A DNA stretch of 64,000 bases, from positions 213,013-277,012 of the forward strand of contig JBLWUQ010000003.1 of the NCBI GenBank assembly GCA_048268845.1, given 5' to 3'. Below are positions 1-9,351 of this stretch, piece after piece. The first letter of the stretch is position 1. Every line of letters starts with the position of its first letter. The position numbers and the translations under genes were made by a program. Below the pieces are notes generated by a model, which made no database searches, was not told where the DNA came from, and saw nothing but the letters and a program-made list of their open reading frames with translations. The stretch is from Maritimibacter sp. (GTDB lineage Bacteria > Pseudomonadota > Alphaproteobacteria > Rhodobacterales > Rhodobacteraceae).

Positions 1-468
1 CTGGTGTTGCAGGATCTCGTCCCAGGCGTCCTTGCAGGCCCCGGTCGACCCCGGCAGCGCGAACAGGTAGGTTCCGTTGGCGACGCCGCCGGTGGCGCGC
101 GACTGCACCGCGCTGGTGCCGATCTTCTGCATGCTGACGATGGTGAAAACCGTGGCGAAGGCCTCGATTTCCTTTTCATAGACATCGCGGTGCGCCTCGA
201 CCGTCACGTCGCGCCCGGTCAACCCGGTGCCGCCGGTCGAGATGATGACGTCGACCTCGGGATCAAGGCTCCAGGCCCGCAACTGGTCGGCGATCTGGCC
301 GCGCTCATCCGGCAGGATCATCCGGTCGGCCAGCACATGCCCCGCCGCCTCGATCCGCCCGACCAGCGTGTCGCCAGAGCGGTCGTCGGCCAGCCCGCGG
401 CTATCCGAGACGGTCAGCACCGCGATGCGGACCGGGATGAAGTCCTTGGTTTCGTCGATCTTGCCCAT
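1..468 (-). CDS. moaB: molybdenum cofactor biosynthesis protein B (MoaB/MogA fold), C-terminal end cut by window edge
   Basis: Not in the ORF track because it is open at the window edge. Reverse translation from ATG (468-466) reads MGKIDETKDFIPVRIAVLTVSDSRG...VIISTGGTGLTGRDVT...YLFALPGSTGACKDAWDEILQHQ, with MoaB-type TGGTG..RD and LPGS motifs. Confidence 0.8.
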   Translation of the reverse strand, partial: MGKIDETKDFIPVRIAVLTVSDSRGLADDRSGDTLVGRIEAAGHVLADRMILPDERGQIADQLRAWSLDPEVDVIISTGGTGLTGRDVTVEAHRDVYEKEIEAFATVFTIVSMQKIGTSAVQSRATGGVANGTYLFALPGSTGACKDAWDEILQHQ

Positions 469-482
469 GTCGCGCCCTGCCT

Positions 483-1079
483 TCAGTCCAGTTCGATCCA
501 GTTCACATTCGGCCCGAGGTTCCAGACCTCGGTCGCGCCGATCCACCCACGCTCGCCCCAGCAATCGTGGATATGGCCGCAGAGGTTGTAGCGTGGCTGA
601 ACCCGCTCCACCACCTTGCGGATCGTGGTCGATCCCAACGAGACACCGCCGGAAACCCGGTCGGCCACGCCCTTGGGCGGCGAATGGGTGATCAGGATGT
701 CGGCCACATCGCAGCCCGCCAGCATCGCCGCCGCTTCGGCTTCGGTCAGATCGCACGACCAGTCGCCGAACGGCGTCGGCGGCACGCCGTAGCCCAGGCC
801 GAACAGCCGCACCCCGTCTATCTCGACACCCGCGCCATGCAGCACATGCGCGGAGGCGGGCGCGGCGGCGCGCAATTCGTCAAGGCTCTCGCTGTTGCCC
901 GGCACCATCACGAAGGGCGCGGCGATGCCGGCGAGCATCGCCATGGCCTCGTCAAGCCCCTTGCGCATGGTGCAGAAATCGCCCGCCCCGATCACCAGAT
1001 CGGCGCTGGCGCTGGCTGCGACCAGATCGGCGGCGTGACTGCGCGACAGGTGAAGGTCGGAGAAAGCCAGTATCTTCAT
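483..1079 (-). CDS. metallophosphoesterase family protein
   Basis: 198-aa ORF with calcineurin-like phosphoesterase motifs: FSDLHLS, GAGDF, GNSE, GHIH. Confidence 0.8.
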   Translation of the reverse strand: MKILAFSDLHLSRSHAADLVAASASADLVIGAGDFCTMRKGLDEAMAMLAGIAAPFVMVPGNSESLDELRAAAPASAHVLHGAGVEIDGVRLFGLGYGVPPTPFGDWSCDLTEAEAAAMLAGCDVADILITHSPPKGVADRVSGGVSLGSTTIRKVVERVQPRYNLCGHIHDCWGERGWIGATEVWNLGPNVNWIELD

Positions 1080-1861
1080 GTATTCCCTCGCAGTCTGGCG
1101 CGAATTTCCAGAAGGTCCGCCCAGGCCTCGCGTTTCGCCGCCGGGTTACGCAAGAGATAGGCCGGGTGCGTCATCGGCATCGCGGGCTTGCCCAGCGCCT
1201 CGGCCCAGGCGCCCCGCATCCTCAGGATGCCACGCTTGCCCAGAAGTGCGTCGCAGGGCGTGTTGCCCATCAGGATCAGCACATCGGGGTCGGCAAGCTG
1301 GATGTGGCGCTCCAGAAACGGCGTCAGCATCGCCAGCTCGCCCGGCGTCGGTTCGCGGTTCTGCGGCGGGCGCCAGGGCAGCAGGTTGGTGATATAGACC
1401 GCCGACATCGCGTCCGGGCTGGTCCGCGACAGCCCGATCGCCGCCAGCATCCGGTCAAGCAACTGCCCGGCGCGGCCGACGAAGGGCTTGCCCTGAATGT
1501 CCTCGTCGCGCCCCGGCGCTTCGCCGACGATCATCACCCGCGCCGCCGGGTTGCCGTCGGAAAAGACGAAACTGCGCGCGCCCTTCTTCAACTCGCAGCC
1601 GTCGAAGGCGGCCATGGTCTCGGCCAGTTCGTCCAGATCACGCGCCGACGCCGCGCGTTGCTTTGCGTCCGCGACATGATCGACGCGCGCCTCGGGCATC
1701 GCCACCGTGTTGGGCAGCGCCTCGGCCCGTTTCGGCTTCGGCGCGGTATCTGCCAGATCGTAACGGTTGACAGGTTCATCCCCGATCGCGTCCACCGCGC
1801 CGAGTTCGATATACCATTCGAGGAGCGCCTTCGCCCCATGCCAGTCAAGCGCCGATTCCAT
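1076..1861 (-). CDS. uracil-DNA glycosylase, family 4
   Basis: 261-aa ORF with GEAPGRDED (family 4 motif A) and HPAYLLRNP (motif B). Its stop overlaps the start of the downstream gene by 4 nt. Confidence 0.85.
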   Translation of the reverse strand: MESALDWHGAKALLEWYIELGAVDAIGDEPVNRYDLADTAPKPKRAEALPNTVAMPEARVDHVADAKQRAASARDLDELAETMAAFDGCELKKGARSFVFSDGNPAARVMIVGEAPGRDEDIQGKPFVGRAGQLLDRMLAAIGLSRTSPDAMSAVYITNLLPWRPPQNREPTPGELAMLTPFLERHIQLADPDVLILMGNTPCDALLGKRGILRMRGAWAEALGKPAMPMTHPAYLLRNPAAKREAWADLLEIRARLRGNT

Positions 1862-1965
1862 GGCCCCAAGCTAGGGCCGCGCGCAAGGCGGGGCAATGGC
1901 GCGCGCCACACACCTTGCCCGACGCGTCCGGGCTACCTATACACCGGGAAAACGAGGGCACGCAC

Positions 1966-2922
1966 ATGACCTTCCGCCATCGCCACCTTCTCGGGATCGA
2001 GCCGCTTCACCCTGAGGAGATCACCACGATCCTCGATCTGGCCGACCGCTATGCCGACCTGAACCGGTCGGCGCGCAAACGTGCCAGGGTGCTGGACGGG
2101 CTGACGCAGATAAACATGTTCTTCGAGGCCTCGACCCGCACACAGGCGAGCTTCGAGATCGCGGGCAAGCGCCTTGGCGCGGACGTGATGAACATGGCGA
2201 TGCAGGCATCCTCGATCAAAAAGGGCGAAACCCTGATCGACACGGCGCTGACGCTGAACGCGATGCACCCCGATCTGCTGGTCGTGCGCCACCCGCAGTC
2301 CGGCGCGGTCAACCTGTTGGCGGAAAAGGTGAATTGTGCGGTGCTGAACGCCGGCGACGGCCGCCACGAACACCCGACGCAGGCCTTGCTCGACGCGCTG
2401 ACGATCCGGCGCAAGAAAGGCCGGCTGCACCGCCTGACCATCGCGATCTGCGGCGACATTGCGCACAGCCGGGTGGCGCGCTCGAACCTGATCCTGCTGG
2501 GCAAGATGGAAAACCGCGTTCGTCTGGTCGGCCCGCCGACGCTGATGCCTTCGCAGATCGACCAGTTCGGCGTCGAGGTGTTCGACGACATGCGCGCCGG
2601 GCTTGAAGGCGCTGACGTGGTGATGATGCTCAGGCTTCAAAAGGAACGCATGGACGGCGGCTTCATCCCGTCGGAGCGCGAGTATTACCACCGCTTCGGG
2701 CTGGACGCGGAAAAACTGTCCTACGCCAAGGACGACGCCATCGTCATGCATCCCGGCCCGATGAATCGCGGCGTCGAGATCGACGGCACGCTGGCCGACG
2801 ACATCAACCGCTCGGTCATTCAGGAGCAGGTCGAGATGGGCGTGGCCGTGCGCATGGCGGCGATGGACCTGCTTGCGCGCAACCTGCGCGAGGCACAACC
2901 GGACAAGGGAGTCATGGTATGA
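1966..2922 (+). CDS. pyrB: aspartate carbamoyltransferase catalytic subunit
   Basis: Track ORF 1915-2922. The homologous N-terminus [14 protein letters not shown] starts at ATG 1966. Motifs ASTRTQ (STRTR-type carbamoyl-phosphate site), HPTQALLD and HPGPMNRG are present. Confidence 0.95.
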   Translation: MTFRHRHLLGIEPLHPEEITTILDLADRYADLNRSARKRARVLDGLTQINMFFEASTRTQASFEIAGKRLGADVMNMAMQASSIKKGETLIDTALTLNAMHPDLLVVRHPQSGAVNLLAEKVNCAVLNAGDGRHEHPTQALLDALTIRRKKGRLHRLTIAICGDIAHSRVARSNLILLGKMENRVRLVGPPTLMPSQIDQFGVEVFDDMRAGLEGADVVMMLRLQKERMDGGFIPSEREYYHRFGLDAEKLSYAKDDAIVMHPGPMNRGVEIDGTLADDINRSVIQEQVEMGVAVRMAAMDLLARNLREAQPDKGVMV

Positions 2923-3464
2923 CCGATCCGCTTGAATTTCCCGAACGCGCCGACGCGCGGGTGGTCTGGGTGTTCACCGCCGACCTGCCCGAGCCCGCGC
3001 TGGACGATTTCACCGCCCGCACCGACGCTGGCTGGCTGTTGGGCGAGGCGCTGGGCGTTCCGACGCTCGACCCCGAATTCATCGAGACTTTTCCCCCCAA
3101 GGACATCGCCGAGTATGGCCTCGTGCGCTATCTGACCGAGGCGAACGGCATGGACCCCGATCAGGTCGGTGCCGACGCCGCCAAACTCGGTGCGCTGACC
3201 AAGCCGGTCGTGCTGGTCTATTCGCAGGCGTTGTCCGGCCAGAAGGGCCGGTTCGATCCGAAACCGCCATTGTCCTTCGTCGGGCGCTATGAGGCGCCCT
3301 ATTCCCTGAGCCCGTCCATGCCGCTGCCGGAGTTCGTAAGCGCAAGCGGCATTTTGACCGGGCCGTCGGGGCCTTCATCCGACACACCGAAAATGCGGCG
3401 CACGCTTGTGCTCACCATCCTTGCACTGGTGCTGCTGGCCGTCCTCGTCTGGGGGTTTGCATGA
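2919..3464 (+). CDS. hypothetical protein with C-terminal membrane anchor
   Basis: 181-aa ORF with an ATGA overlap on the pyrB stop and G/C-ending codon bias. It has a soluble N-terminal part and a terminal hydrophobic helix ([19 protein letters not shown]). No family recognised. Confidence 0.6.
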   Translation: MTDPLEFPERADARVVWVFTADLPEPALDDFTARTDAGWLLGEALGVPTLDPEFIETFPPKDIAEYGLVRYLTEANGMDPDQVGADAAKLGALTKPVVLVYSQALSGQKGRFDPKPPLSFVGRYEAPYSLSPSMPLPEFVSASGILTGPSGPSSDTPKMRRTLVLTILALVLLAVLVWGFA

Positions 3465-3886
3465 CCGCGCCCGCGCCCTTGCCGCCGCTGGCCGAGGGCG
3501 AAACCCCGGTCGCCAGTTTCACCGGCAGCCGCGCGACCTATGTGCGCGAACACATCATGCTGGCGGCGATCGGTTCGGTCGGGGCGGTGGCGATCCTGAT
3601 CGCGATGGGCAACGCGCATCCCTGGACCGGTGTCGTCGGCGCGGTCGCGGCGATTGCGGCGCGCGGCTTCTACGTCGCGTCCGAACAGATCGGCATGACC
3701 TGGCACCTGACCGACCGGCGGCTGATCTCGCCCGCAGGCATCAGCGTGGCGCGCGGCGACATTGCCAGGGTGCGGACCATCTTTTCGGCAACGCAGGTGG
3801 TGACGCGAAAGGGCGACAAATACATGCTGAAATATCAGGCCGACCCCGCCGCAACCAAGGCGGTGATCGAAGGGATGGCGGCATGA
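3461..3886 (+). CDS. hypothetical membrane protein (two TM helices plus PH-like C-terminal part)
   Basis: 141-aa ORF with an ATGA overlap on the upstream ORF and strong GC3 bias. Two hydrophobic helices are followed by a beta-rich tail, resembling bacterial PH (YdbS/DUF304-type) proteins. Assignment is by architecture only. Confidence 0.6.
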   Translation: MTAPAPLPPLAEGETPVASFTGSRATYVREHIMLAAIGSVGAVAILIAMGNAHPWTGVVGAVAAIAARGFYVASEQIGMTWHLTDRRLISPAGISVARGDIARVRTIFSATQVVTRKGDKYMLKYQADPAATKAVIEGMAA

Positions 3887-4416
3887 GCGCGGCGCCGGCG
3901 GGGTGGGACGGCATCCTTGACGAGGGCGAGACCATCGTCTGGCAAGGCAGACCCGACCCGGCGTTTCACGTCGGGTTCGGCCATCTGTTCATCGCCCTCT
4001 TCGGGCTGGTCTTTGCCGGGTTCGCGCTGTTCTGGATGGTGATGGCATCACAGGCGGGCGGCGGGTTCTGGATGTTCGGACTGATCCATTTCTCGATCGG
4101 TGCCGCCATGGTTTTCAACGCGGTCTTCGGTGAGACGATCCGGCGACGCGGCACATGGTATACCCTGACCACCCGTCGCGCCTTCATCGCGACAGACCTG
4201 CCGATCAAGGGCAAGAAGCTGAAAAGCTACCCGATCACTGGCATGACGCCGCTCGACTACATCGACGGGCCGCTCGCCACGATCCGTTTCGCCGAGGAAG
4301 TGCGGCGCGGCAGCAAGGGCAGCCGCTACAGCGTGCCGGTCGGGTTCGAGCGGATCGAGGATGGCGAAGCCGTCTACAAGGTGTTTCGCAAGGTTCAGGA
4401 GGGAACGGCGGCATGA
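3883..4416 (+). CDS. hypothetical membrane protein (two TM helices plus PH-like C-terminal part)
   Basis: Track ORF 3406-4416. ATG 3883 overlaps the preceding stop (ATGA) and gives MSAAPAGWDGILDEGETIVWQGRP..., then two TM helices and a beta-rich tail. The upstream extension would overlap the previous gene. Confidence 0.6.
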   Translation: MSAAPAGWDGILDEGETIVWQGRPDPAFHVGFGHLFIALFGLVFAGFALFWMVMASQAGGGFWMFGLIHFSIGAAMVFNAVFGETIRRRGTWYTLTTRRAFIATDLPIKGKKLKSYPITGMTPLDYIDGPLATIRFAEEVRRGSKGSRYSVPVGFERIEDGEAVYKVFRKVQEGTAA

Positions 4417-5678
4417 GCACGACCACCTTCATCAACGCCCGCCTGATCGACCCGGAATCCGGGCAGGACACACGCGGCAGCCTGACCATGGCGGATGGTG
4501 TCATCACCGGGCGCGATCTGGCACCCGAGGGCGAGGTCATCGACTGCGCCGGCAAGTGCCTTGCGCCGGGGATCGTCGACATCGGCGTGAAGATCGGCGA
4601 GCCGGGCGAGCGCCACAAGGAGAGCTTTCGCACCGCCGGGGCGGCGGCGGCGGCGGGCGGTGTGACCACGATGGTCACCCGGCCCGACACCACGCCCGCC
4701 ATCGACACGCCCGAGACGCTGCAATTCGTCACCCGCCGGGCGCGCGAACTGACGCCGGTTCGTATCCACACCATGGCGGCGCTGACCAAGGGCCGCGCCG
4801 GGCACGAGATGGTCGAGATCGGCTTTCTGATGGACGCGGGCGCGGTAGCCTTTACCGATTGCGACCGGGTGATCGCCGACACCAAGGTGTTTTCGCGCGC
4901 GCTGACCTATGCCCGTGGCCTTGGCGCGCTGGTCATCGCGCATCCGCAGGAACCGGGGCTGAGCAATGGTACCGCCGTGACCTCGGGCAAGTTCGCCACG
5001 CTGCGCGGGTTGCCCGCCGTGTCGCCGATGGCCGAGCGCATGGGGCTTGAGCGTGACCTTGCGCTGGTCGAGATGACCGGCGCGCGCTACCACGCCGACA
5101 ACCTGTCCAGCGCCGTCGCGCTTGGGCCGCTGGAGCGCGCCAAGGCAGCCGGGCTTGACGTGACCGCCGGCGTGAACATCCACCACCTGACACTGAACGA
5201 GCTGGACGTGGGCGACTACCGCACCTTCTTCAAGCTCAAGCCACCGCTCAGGTCCGAGGATGACCGTGTCGCGATGGTCGAGGCGGTGGCATCGGGCCTG
5301 ATCGACATCATCAGTTCGATGCACACACCGCAGGACGAAGAGACCAAGCGCCTGCCGTTCGAAGAGGCCGCCTCGGGCGCGGTGGCGCTGGAAACCCTGC
5401 TGCCCGCCGCGATGCGGCTGGTTCACGCGGGTGCGGTCGATCTGCCGACGCTGTGGCGGGCGCTGTCGACCAACCCGGCGCGGCGGTTCGGCCTGCCCGG
5501 CGGATCGCTGGCCGAGGGCGCACCCGCCGACCTCGTGCTGTTCGACCCCGACGCACCGTTCGTTCTGAACCGCTTCAAGCTGCGCTCGAAATCCAAGAAC
5601 ACGCCGTTCGACGAAGCCCGGATGGAGGGCAAGGTTCTGGGCACATGGGTCGGCGGCGCGCGGGTGTTCGCGGCGTGA
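4413..5678 (+). CDS. pyrC: dihydroorotase-like protein, probably the non-catalytic PyrC-prime type
   Basis: Track ORF 4155-5678, with ATG 4413 overlapping the preceding stop. Amidohydrolase/DHOase-like sequence throughout, but PGIVDIGVKIGEPG replaces the DxHxH zinc motif. Confidence 0.85.
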   Translation: MSTTTFINARLIDPESGQDTRGSLTMADGVITGRDLAPEGEVIDCAGKCLAPGIVDIGVKIGEPGERHKESFRTAGAAAAAGGVTTMVTRPDTTPAIDTPETLQFVTRRARELTPVRIHTMAALTKGRAGHEMVEIGFLMDAGAVAFTDCDRVIADTKVFSRALTYARGLGALVIAHPQEPGLSNGTAVTSGKFATLRGLPAVSPMAERMGLERDLALVEMTGARYHADNLSSAVALGPLERAKAAGLDVTAGVNIHHLTLNELDVGDYRTFFKLKPPLRSEDDRVAMVEAVASGLIDIISSMHTPQDEETKRLPFEEAASGAVALETLLPAAMRLVHAGAVDLPTLWRALSTNPARRFGLPGGSLAEGAPADLVLFDPDAPFVLNRFKLRSKSKNTPFDEARMEGKVLGTWVGGARVFAA

Positions 5679-6142
5679 TCCGGCTGGCGCAACGTGCCGA
5701 TCTGCCGGCGCTGAGCGCGCTTTGCCTCGCGTCCAAGGCGCACTGGGGTTATGACGCCGCGTTCATGGCGGCTGTCGCGGACGAACTGACCATGACCGAG
5801 GCGCAGCTTGGCCCCGGTCTGGCGCTGTGGGACGAGGACGGCACGGCGCTGGCAATGGTGCAGGTCAGCGTAAGCGGCGACGAGGCGCACCTTGAACACC
5901 TGTTCGTAGCACCCGACGCGATGCGGCGGGGGCTGGGGCGGCGGATGTTTCGCTGGGCACTCGCACAGGCGCGGGCTGAGGGCGCGCGGCGGATATCGAT
6001 CGACAGCGATCCCTTTGCCGAAGGCTTCTACCGCGCGATGGGCGCGGTCCTTGTGGGCGAAGTGCCCTCGGGGTCGATTCCGGGACGGATGCTGCCACTT
6101 CTGTCCTGCACGATAGACCAACCCGCCACACCACCGACCTGA
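5675..6142 (+). CDS. GNAT family N-acetyltransferase
   Basis: GTG 5675 overlaps the pyrC-like stop (GTGA). Sequence VIRLAQRADLPAL...HLFVAPDAMRRGLGRRMF carries the acetyl-CoA binding motif R-x-x-G-x-G. Confidence 0.75.
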   Translation: MIRLAQRADLPALSALCLASKAHWGYDAAFMAAVADELTMTEAQLGPGLALWDEDGTALAMVQVSVSGDEAHLEHLFVAPDAMRRGLGRRMFRWALAQARAEGARRISIDSDPFAEGFYRAMGAVLVGEVPSGSIPGRMLPLLSCTIDQPATPPT

Positions 6143-6161
6143 CACACGGAGAGCCAAGACC

Positions 6162-6767
6162 ATGCCCGAAATCGTCACCTCCCTGCCGCTCCTCGCCCTC
6201 ACGGCGGTGCTGGGCTATCTGCTGGGCGCGGTGCCGTTCGGCATAGTCTTTGCGCGGGTGTTCGGGTTGGGCGATCTGCGCAAGATCGGCTCAGGCAATA
6301 TCGGCGCGACCAACGTGCTGCGTACCGGCAACAAACCGGCGGCACTGCTGACCCTGATCGCTGATGTCGGCAAGGGGGCCTTCGCCGTTCTGGTCGCGCG
6401 CGCGCTGTTGGGCGATGACGCGGCGCAACTGGCGGGGTTCGCGGCCTATCTCGGGCATTGCTTCCCGGTCTATATCGGCTTCAAGGGCGGCAAGGGGGTG
6501 GCGACCTGGCTGGGGACCGTTCTGGCCATCGCCTGGCCGCTGGGGCTGGCCGCCGCCGCGACCTGGCTGGCTGCCGCCGCGCTGTTCCGGATCTCGTCGC
6601 TGGCCGGGCTGATCGCAGCCGCGCTGACGCCGGTCTGGGCCTTCGCGCTGGGCATTCCCTCGGTCTATGTCCTCACAATCGCGCTGGCGGTTCTGATCTT
6701 CATCCGCCACCACCAGAACATCGCCCGGTTGATGCAGGGCAAGGAGCCGAAAATCGGGAAGAAATGA
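6162..6767 (+). CDS. plsY: glycerol-3-phosphate 1-O-acyltransferase PlsY
   Basis: 201-aa polytopic membrane ORF with the GSGNIGATNVLRTG and FKGGKGVAT motifs typical of PlsY. Confidence 0.95.
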   Translation: MPEIVTSLPLLALTAVLGYLLGAVPFGIVFARVFGLGDLRKIGSGNIGATNVLRTGNKPAALLTLIADVGKGAFAVLVARALLGDDAAQLAGFAAYLGHCFPVYIGFKGGKGVATWLGTVLAIAWPLGLAAAATWLAAAALFRISSLAGLIAAALTPVWAFALGIPSVYVLTIALAVLIFIRHHQNIARLMQGKEPKIGKK

Positions 6768-6865
6768 CTCACGACGGCACCCCTCTGGCTGGAAACCATT
6801 GATTCAGAGCCGAAAACGGCGCACGATCCGGTCAGGGATACCCAACAAGGGAAGGATATGCGGCA

Positions 6866-7327
6866 ATGACATTCGGACAATCCATTAGAACCTGTTTCTC
6901 GAAATACGCCACCTTTTCCGGCCGGGCGCAGCGCTCGGAGTTCTGGTGGTTCATCCTCTTCGTCTGGCTGGTCAGCATCGCGCTGTCGATTGTCGATTCG
7001 ACGCTATTCGGCACCACCGTCGTGACGGAAGGTGGCTTCTCGGCCTCGACCAACACGCCGATCTTCAGCGGCATATTCTCGCTGGCGATGCTGCTTCCGA
7101 ACCTCGCGGTCGGCGCGCGGCGGTTGCATGACACCAACCGCTCGGGCTGGTGGCTGCTGATCGGGCTGATCCCGCTGATCGGCTTCATCGTGCTGATCGT
7201 CTTCTTCGCGACCACCGGCACACGCGGAGCGAACCGGTTTGGCCCCGATCCGCTGGGCAATGTCGGGCCGGGCGGCGATGGCGACGACTACAGCCGGTCG
7301 CGCGTGCCTCCGGTGCGGGGCGGCTGA
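6866..7327 (+). CDS. DUF805 domain-containing inner membrane protein
   Basis: 153-aa ORF. FSKYATFSGRAQRSEFWWFILF and RRLHDTNRSGWW are hallmark DUF805 (YhaH/YhaI-like) motifs. Confidence 0.8.
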   Translation: MTFGQSIRTCFSKYATFSGRAQRSEFWWFILFVWLVSIALSIVDSTLFGTTVVTEGGFSASTNTPIFSGIFSLAMLLPNLAVGARRLHDTNRSGWWLLIGLIPLIGFIVLIVFFATTGTRGANRFGPDPLGNVGPGGDGDDYSRSRVPPVRGG

Positions 7328-7375
7328 ACCGCCTGAGATACGCGGCAAGGCGGCGCGGGCCGCCTTGCCACTCCT

Positions 7376-8746
7376 TCAATAGCTGTATTCGGCGTAGATC
7401 CGGCTGAGGTCGCCGTTCCAGTCGCCGTGATACCGCTCCAGCAACTCGTCGGCGGGCGTCTTGCCATCCTCGACACTGTCCTCGAGCGTGTTCAGGAAGT
7501 GGCGCTCGTCCGGGACCATGCCGCCGAAACCGGGCTTGGCCCGGCGCCTGAGCCCGGCGCGCGAGATGTCGAGCACGTTCTCGGCCAGCGCGCGCATGTT
7601 GATCTTGCCGACCTGCGCCTCCAGCGCATCGACGCTGGCGGCCACGCGCAGCGCCTCGCGGGTTTCCTCGTCCCAGTCCTTGACCAGATCCCAGCCGGCA
7701 TCCAGCGCTTCCTGATCATACATCAGGCCAACCCAGAACGCCGGCAGCGCACAGATCCGCCGCCATGGCCCGCCATCGGCGCCGCGCATTTCCATGAAGG
7801 TCTTGATCCGGGCCTCGGGGAAGATCGTGGTCAGGTGATCGGCCCAGTCCGACAGCGTCGGCACCTCGCCGGGCAGCGCCGGCAGTTTGCCCGCCATGAA
7901 GTCGCGGAATGACTGGCCCAACGCATTGATATACTTGCCGTCGCGGTAGACGAAATACATCGGCACATCGAGCGCGTAGTCGACATAGCGCTGGAACCCC
8001 ATGCCGTCCTCGAACACGAAGGGCAGCATCCCGGTGCGCGCCGGATCTAGATCGCGCCAGATGCGCGAGCGCCAGGACTTGTGGCCGGTGGGCTTGCCAT
8101 CGAGGAAGGGCGAGTTGGCGAACAGCGCGGTCGCGACCGGCTGCAACGCCAGCGCCACGCGGAACTTCTGCACCATGTCGGCCTCGGACGAAAAGTCGAG
8201 GTTCACCTGGACCGTGCAGGTGCGATACATCATCTGTTTGCCGAGGGTTCCGACCTTGTCCATGTAGTCGGTCATCAGCCGGTAGCGGCCCTTGGGCATC
8301 ATCGGCATCTCGTCCTGGCTCCACTCGGGTGCGGCCCCCAGCCCGATGAAGCGCGCGCCGATCCGGTCGGCGACCGTCTGCACTTCGCGCAGATGCTCGT
8401 TCACCTCGTCGCAGGTCTGGTGGATCGAGGCCAGCGGCGAGCCCGACAATTCGAGCTGTCCGCCCGGCTCGAGGCTGATGTTGGCGCCCTTCATCTCGAG
8501 CCCGATGATGTTGCCGGCCTCGTAGATCGGGTTCCAGCCATAGGTGTCGCGCAGCCCCTCGAGCATCGCCTTGATCGAGCGCGGCCCGTCATAGGGCAGG
8601 GGCTTGAGCGTGTCCTTGCAATAGCCGAACTTCTCGTGCTCGGTGCCGATGCGCCAGTCTTCCTTGGGCTTGCACCCGCTTTCGAGATACTCGGCCAGTT
8701 GTTCGGGCCGCTCGATAGGGCCGCCGCCGGATTGTGGGATGGACAT
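7376..8746 (-). CDS. gshA: glutamate--cysteine ligase (plant/alphaproteobacterial GCS2 type)
   Basis: Track ORF 7376-8788. ATG at 8746 (MSIPQSGGGPIERPEQLAEYL...) is preceded by AAGGA. Long colinear match to GCS2-type gamma-glutamylcysteine synthetase (RIGTEHEKFGY, LEPGGQLELSG). Confidence 0.9.
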   Translation of the reverse strand: MSIPQSGGGPIERPEQLAEYLESGCKPKEDWRIGTEHEKFGYCKDTLKPLPYDGPRSIKAMLEGLRDTYGWNPIYEAGNIIGLEMKGANISLEPGGQLELSGSPLASIHQTCDEVNEHLREVQTVADRIGARFIGLGAAPEWSQDEMPMMPKGRYRLMTDYMDKVGTLGKQMMYRTCTVQVNLDFSSEADMVQKFRVALALQPVATALFANSPFLDGKPTGHKSWRSRIWRDLDPARTGMLPFVFEDGMGFQRYVDYALDVPMYFVYRDGKYINALGQSFRDFMAGKLPALPGEVPTLSDWADHLTTIFPEARIKTFMEMRGADGGPWRRICALPAFWVGLMYDQEALDAGWDLVKDWDEETREALRVAASVDALEAQVGKINMRALAENVLDISRAGLRRRAKPGFGGMVPDERHFLNTLEDSVEDGKTPADELLERYHGDWNGDLSRIYAEYSY

Positions 8747-8801
8747 CGCTTTTCCTTCGCTGCGTCTGGAATCAGAGTGGTGGGCCAATGCGCCGGGCGT
8801 G

Positions 8802-9314
8802 TCAATGCAGCCTTCGGACCGGTTCCGCCCAGATCACGACCGGGCGATCCGGGCGTGTGCGGCTGGCCCTGATCGCGGCCTCGATGTCGACGCCGGGCAA
8901 GGCGGTCAGCGCATCGAACAGGGCATCGGTCCCCTCGGCCGCCGCCGGGATAGTCAAAAGCTCCATGCCTGAGCGAAAGCGCCAGACCGGCAGGCCGGAT
9001 CGGTCGGGGGCGATGGCAACTTCGGTCAGCGCCTCGATCGAGGCGAACCCGCCGCCGACCGGGGCCAGGTAGGTGATCTGGCGTTCATTGACCACGACGA
9101 CACCGACGCCACCGTGCCCGCCCTGAAACCGCGCCCGCTGGATGCCGGTCCAGACCGCCGCGCCACTGACGAGGACCAGCGCCCAGCCGGTCCAGCGAAT
9201 CAGGCCAAGCGAGGTCAGCCCCCACCACAGGCCCAGCGCCAGAACGAACGCGGCGACGATCACGCCACGCCAGCGTTTCAGCCCGGCAAGGGCTTCAGGG
9301 CGCACGAAGCTCAT
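8802..9314 (-). CDS. hypothetical membrane protein (two TM helices plus soluble C-terminal part)
   Basis: 170-aa ORF with coding-type GC3. Two N-terminal hydrophobic helices are followed by a beta-rich segment (GVVVVNERQITYLAP). No family recognised. Confidence 0.55.
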   Translation of the reverse strand: MSFVRPEALAGLKRWRGVIVAAFVLALGLWWGLTSLGLIRWTGWALVLVSGAAVWTGIQRARFQGGHGGVGVVVVNERQITYLAPVGGGFASIEALTEVAIAPDRSGLPVWRFRSGMELLTIPAAAEGTDALFDALTALPGVDIEAAIRASRTRPDRPVVIWAEPVRRLH

Positions 9315-9351
9315 GCCGCTCGTGCATCCATGAAGGTGCGTTCTTGCAGCA

